A stretch of DNA of 64,000 nt from an uncultured Chloroflexia bacterium (GTDB lineage Bacteria > Chloroflexota > Anaerolineae > JAAYZQ01), in contig CAVOXA010000001.1 in assembly GCA_963700285.1 (NCBI GenBank), positions 1,152,001 through 1,216,000 on the forward strand, written 5' to 3'. The position numbers and the translations under genes are program-made. Below the pieces are notes generated by a model. It saw only the letters and a list, made by a program, of their open reading frames with translations. It was not told where the DNA came from and did no database searches. Below, piece by piece: positions 61,137-64,000 of the stretch. Each line of letters begins with the position of its first letter. The stretch's first letter is position 1.

Positions 61137-61198
61137 TCTGTGCCGCAAAGAGAGCCGAATGATCCCACTCGGTCGGAATCCTTACCCGGAAAGGACGG

Positions 61199-62338
61199 CT
61201 ACTCAATTTGGAGGTCGATCAGGACTGGCCCTGAGGATGCATACGCGCGAGCAATGACTGATTCAGCCTCTCGCCGGTTCCTGGCCAGCAGTCCGGGAAT
61301 ACCGTAGGCTTCCGCCAACCTGACAAAGTCCGGTCCCACCAGCCCGTTGCCGGGGAATGCCTCTCTGGTAGAGGGAGTTGTTGCCGTGGCTTCGGCAGCC
61401 GTGTGGCCTCTATTTACAACTGCGATCCGAATGGCGATGCTTTCCTGGACGACAGTTGCCAGTTCCTGTAGGGTAGCCTGAAAACCATCGTTGCCAGCCA
61501 GTGCCCATACCTGCTCGTGGGGCAGGGCCATCTGTGCACCGATGGCGGCTGGAAGCGCAAATCCCTTTGTCGCCAGGCTCCCCAGCCCGAGCAGGGATCG
61601 TGGACCGCGAGTCTCAAGAGCGGGTATGTCGCCCATGGGATCGGCCACCAAGACGATTTCTCCCCGCGTAATGTTGCAGATCTGGAGTGCCACAGCCCGA
61701 AGCATGCCACTGCCGCTTTCCATTTGCGCGACCGGCCGTCTCCGCCACTGATCTTCGCAGACTCTGTCGGATGAGCAAGGTTGTTCCACAGGTGCGTATT
61801 CCGAGGAATGGATCTGTGCTGGATGAGAGTACTCGCACTTGTCTGTCTGCACGTCATTGGCAACCACAACCAGTACGGGGCCTGGCTGGCCGGTCCGAGC
61901 GATGTGGAATGCCTCTTTCATGACTTGAGGGACCTCGTGTGCGGCCGTTACAAGATAGTTGTGCTTGGTAATGGGTTCGGTGAGCGACACGATGTCGACC
62001 TCTTGGAAGGCATCGGTGCCCAGTACTCTCAAGGGGGACTGTCCGCACAGGGCTACGATGGGGGACCTGGCCATGTAGGCGGTTGCTAAACCCGTTGCCA
62101 GGTTCGTCGCACCGGGTCCAGAGGTAGTCAAGCAGACGCCAACGTCTCCTGTCGCACGAGCATAGCCGTCGGCCGCGTGGATTGCTCCCTGTTCGTGGCG
62201 CACCAGCACGTGATGGATGGGATAATCCGCCAGCGAATGGTACAGTGGGATGACCGAACCACCAGGGATGCCAAAGACAGTGCCAACTCTTTCGCGGAGG
62301 AGGCTCTCGCACACGAGTTGAGCCCCAGTCTTTAGCAT
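61199..62338 (-). CDS. Shortened acetolactate synthase large-subunit-like ThDP protein
   Basis: FGIPGG, RHEQGAIHAADGYAR, TSGPGATN and DAFQE; central domain largely absent; GNDG in place of GDG. Confidence 0.75.
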   Translation of the reverse strand: MLKTGAQLVCESLLRERVGTVFGIPGGSVIPLYHSLADYPIHHVLVRHEQGAIHAADGYARATGDVGVCLTTSGPGATNLATGLATAYMARSPIVALCGQSPLRVLGTDAFQEVDIVSLTEPITKHNYLVTAAHEVPQVMKEAFHIARTGQPGPVLVVVANDVQTDKCEYSHPAQIHSSEYAPVEQPCSSDRVCEDQWRRRPVAQMESGSGMLRAVALQICNITRGEIVLVADPMGDIPALETRGPRSLLGLGSLATKGFALPAAIGAQMALPHEQVWALAGNDGFQATLQELATVVQESIAIRIAVVNRGHTAAEATATTPSTREAFPGNGLVGPDFVRLAEAYGIPGLLARNRREAESVIARAYASSGPVLIDLQIE

Positions 62339-62354
62339 CGCGCGCTCCGGTCTC

Positions 62355-63143
62355 TTACTTGCTCAATACCATACCCGTGGGGTCGATCTCCTGGAGGAGC
62401 GTGCGCTCTTCTAGAGTCGGTGGCTCTGACTCCGGTACCCGGCCCTTGACCAAGATCTCGAACTGGCTGTTGGCCTGGACGTCGTTCAGGCTTACGCCCG
62501 GGTGCAGGGCGAGCAGTTCAAGCCTCTTGCTCTCCTCCTCAAAGCCATAGACTCCCAGTTGCGTGATCACCCGGTAGGGTCCGCAGTCTGCCGGCAAGCC
62601 AGCCCGCTCCCGGCTGCCGGGCCCATCCAGATAGCCCGGCGTCGTCAGAAAGTCCAGCTCGTTGACAAAGGTCCGCGTGCTCTGATTGCGCATAACGTAA
62701 ATAGTCCGCCAGCAGAAAGAACCCAGATCGTTCGCCCCTCCGGAACCGGGCAGCCGTACCTTGGGCCGGTCCCAATCGCCGATGACGGTGGTATTGATGT
62801 TGCCGTAGGCGTCCATAGCTGCGGCGCCCAGAAAGCCATAGTCAATGTAGCCTGCCTGCGCCGCCGACATGATGTCGTGCATCGTCGTGGCCACCAACGC
62901 CCTGTGAAAGGTGCGCGAATCCCCCACCGAAACAGGCAGAGATGGCAATTGGGGACCCATGCCGCCTGCCTCAAAGACCATCATGATGTTGGGCGCATGG
63001 AGGCGTTGGGCAAGCATGGTGGCGGTCATTGGCAACCCCGTGCCAACAAAGACGGCTCGATTGTCTTCCAGCATCCGGGCGGCTACGCAGCACAGCAATT
63101 CTGCGAGGGTATAGTCTCCGCCTGACCCGTTATTTGGTACCAT
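62355..63143 (-). CDS. Family I CoA-transferase beta subunit (GctB-like)
   Basis: VFVGTGLP, FEAG, GNINTT, LPGSGGAND and HPGV motifs. Confidence 0.88.
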   Translation of the reverse strand: MVPNNGSGGDYTLAELLCCVAARMLEDNRAVFVGTGLPMTATMLAQRLHAPNIMMVFEAGGMGPQLPSLPVSVGDSRTFHRALVATTMHDIMSAAQAGYIDYGFLGAAAMDAYGNINTTVIGDWDRPKVRLPGSGGANDLGSFCWRTIYVMRNQSTRTFVNELDFLTTPGYLDGPGSRERAGLPADCGPYRVITQLGVYGFEEESKRLELLALHPGVSLNDVQANSQFEILVKGRVPESEPPTLEERTLLQEIDPTGMVLSK

Positions 63144-63159
63144 TATCTGTCTCCTCCCC

Positions 63160-64000
63160 CTACAGTCTTCCCTTGCCGCCTTTTTCGATGGCTGCCAGTT
63201 CTTCCAGCCGCTTCATGCCGCCCACAAGATCCAAATAGCCCCCAAAGTCTGCTACGCTATGTATGTACCTGTCCATGTACTCCTGAGCGCCCTCAGGGGT
63301 TTTGCTCAGGCTCAACCATTCGCCGATGTGCTCTTCGTCAAAGAAGTAACGGTAGGGCATCTGGCCTGGATGGCCACCAAAGGGCACCTCGCACACGGCG
63401 TCCACCACGTAAAAGGGCACCACGGTTCGGTCTGGCTGGCGCCGGATCTCTTCCTCGTCAATGATATCCTCGGCGGTGACGATGACGCGCCGCCCAGCCC
63501 GGGCCAGCTCCACATCTTCCATAGGAATACCGTCGATCTGGGCGTTGCCGAATCGGTCGCATCGCGGAACGTGCAAGAGAGCCACGTCAGGATAAGCGGC
63601 CGGGATCAGGGTCACTGGTTTCTCGCTCCAGGGATCTTGGATTACGATGGCCGAGCTTTTCTCAAAGGTATCGGTGCCGGCCAGGCTGCGGACAGGGATG
63701 AAGGGAATGCCCATCATCCCTGCCAGGAAGCGCCACTGATAGGTGCCGTTGGACAATTCCCCGATCACCCTCACAGTGCCGTTTTCCACCGCGCGCCGGC
63801 CCGAGGGCGAGAGCCCGCGTAGCTCGTGTCCAAAGGCGTAGGCGCACTCAACTCTGCTAACGCAGCCGGCTCCAATCATCACATCAATGTCATGTACCGC
63901 CGTTTTGCCCGCTACGGCCAGGTCCCGGCGGCCCTGGCGGATGATCTCATAGATCACGGCCATGGGCACGCGAACGTGGCCAAAACCGCCGATGGCGACA
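63160..64000 (-). CDS. Family I CoA-transferase alpha subunit (GctA-like), 5' end outside the window
   Basis: GGFG..R.PMA, GIPFIP, PDVALLHV..CDRFGNAQ and VDAVCEVPFGGHP motifs. Confidence 0.88.
   Translation of the reverse strand, partial: VAIGGFGHVRVPMAVIYEIIRQGRRDLAVAGKTAVHDIDVMIGAGCVSRVECAYAFGHELRGLSPSGRRAVENGTVRVIGELSNGTYQWRFLAGMMGIPFIPVRSLAGTDTFEKSSAIVIQDPWSEKPVTLIPAAYPDVALLHVPRCDRFGNAQIDGIPMEDVELARAGRRVIVTAEDIIDEEEIRRQPDRTVVPFYVVDAVCEVPFGGHPGQMPYRYFFDEEHIGEWLSLSKTPEGAQEYMDRYIHSVADFGGYLDLVGGMKRLEELAAIEKGGKGRL

Noticed and set aside
1-64000. tRNA or rRNA genes
   Set aside because: No cloverleaf/T-loop or rRNA signature recognised by eye; tRNAscan-SE and barrnap would be needed to exclude them

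Overview
GC-rich bacterial DNA, most likely from a Chloroflexota (Anaerolineae-like) genome or MAG; this is inferred from a YLPLVAK sorting motif, a YLIRLW-type small protein and a BTAD-NB-ARC-TPR regulator. Scattered single-base frameshifts look like long-read or assembly errors. The main finding is a minus-strand putative RiPP biosynthetic cluster (about 5.0-15.9 kb). It has four paralogous NHLP-clan precursor peptides with short hydrophobic Trp-containing cores, each followed by a related RNA hairpin, interleaved with four paralogous B12-dependent radical SAM enzymes. An RRE-like/M50 membrane metalloprotease and a class I isoprenoid-synthase-fold (ComQ-like) protein lie upstream. A Zn-finger protein, a pepsin-like protease, an acyltransferase-3 and an S9 peptidase lie downstream. 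The rest of the window holds transport and hydrolase genes, secreted beta-helix proteins divergent from an AfsR/SARP-like regulator with a candidate binding site, and a glgX-pyk-pta-P-type ATPase-eukaryote-type pfk-pyk carbon cluster. It also contains a deleted IS-like element carrying a sigma-70 gene, an intact ISAs1 element, a caspase-HEAT-TM/FecR module behind a consensus promoter, and a CoA-transferase operon at the right edge.
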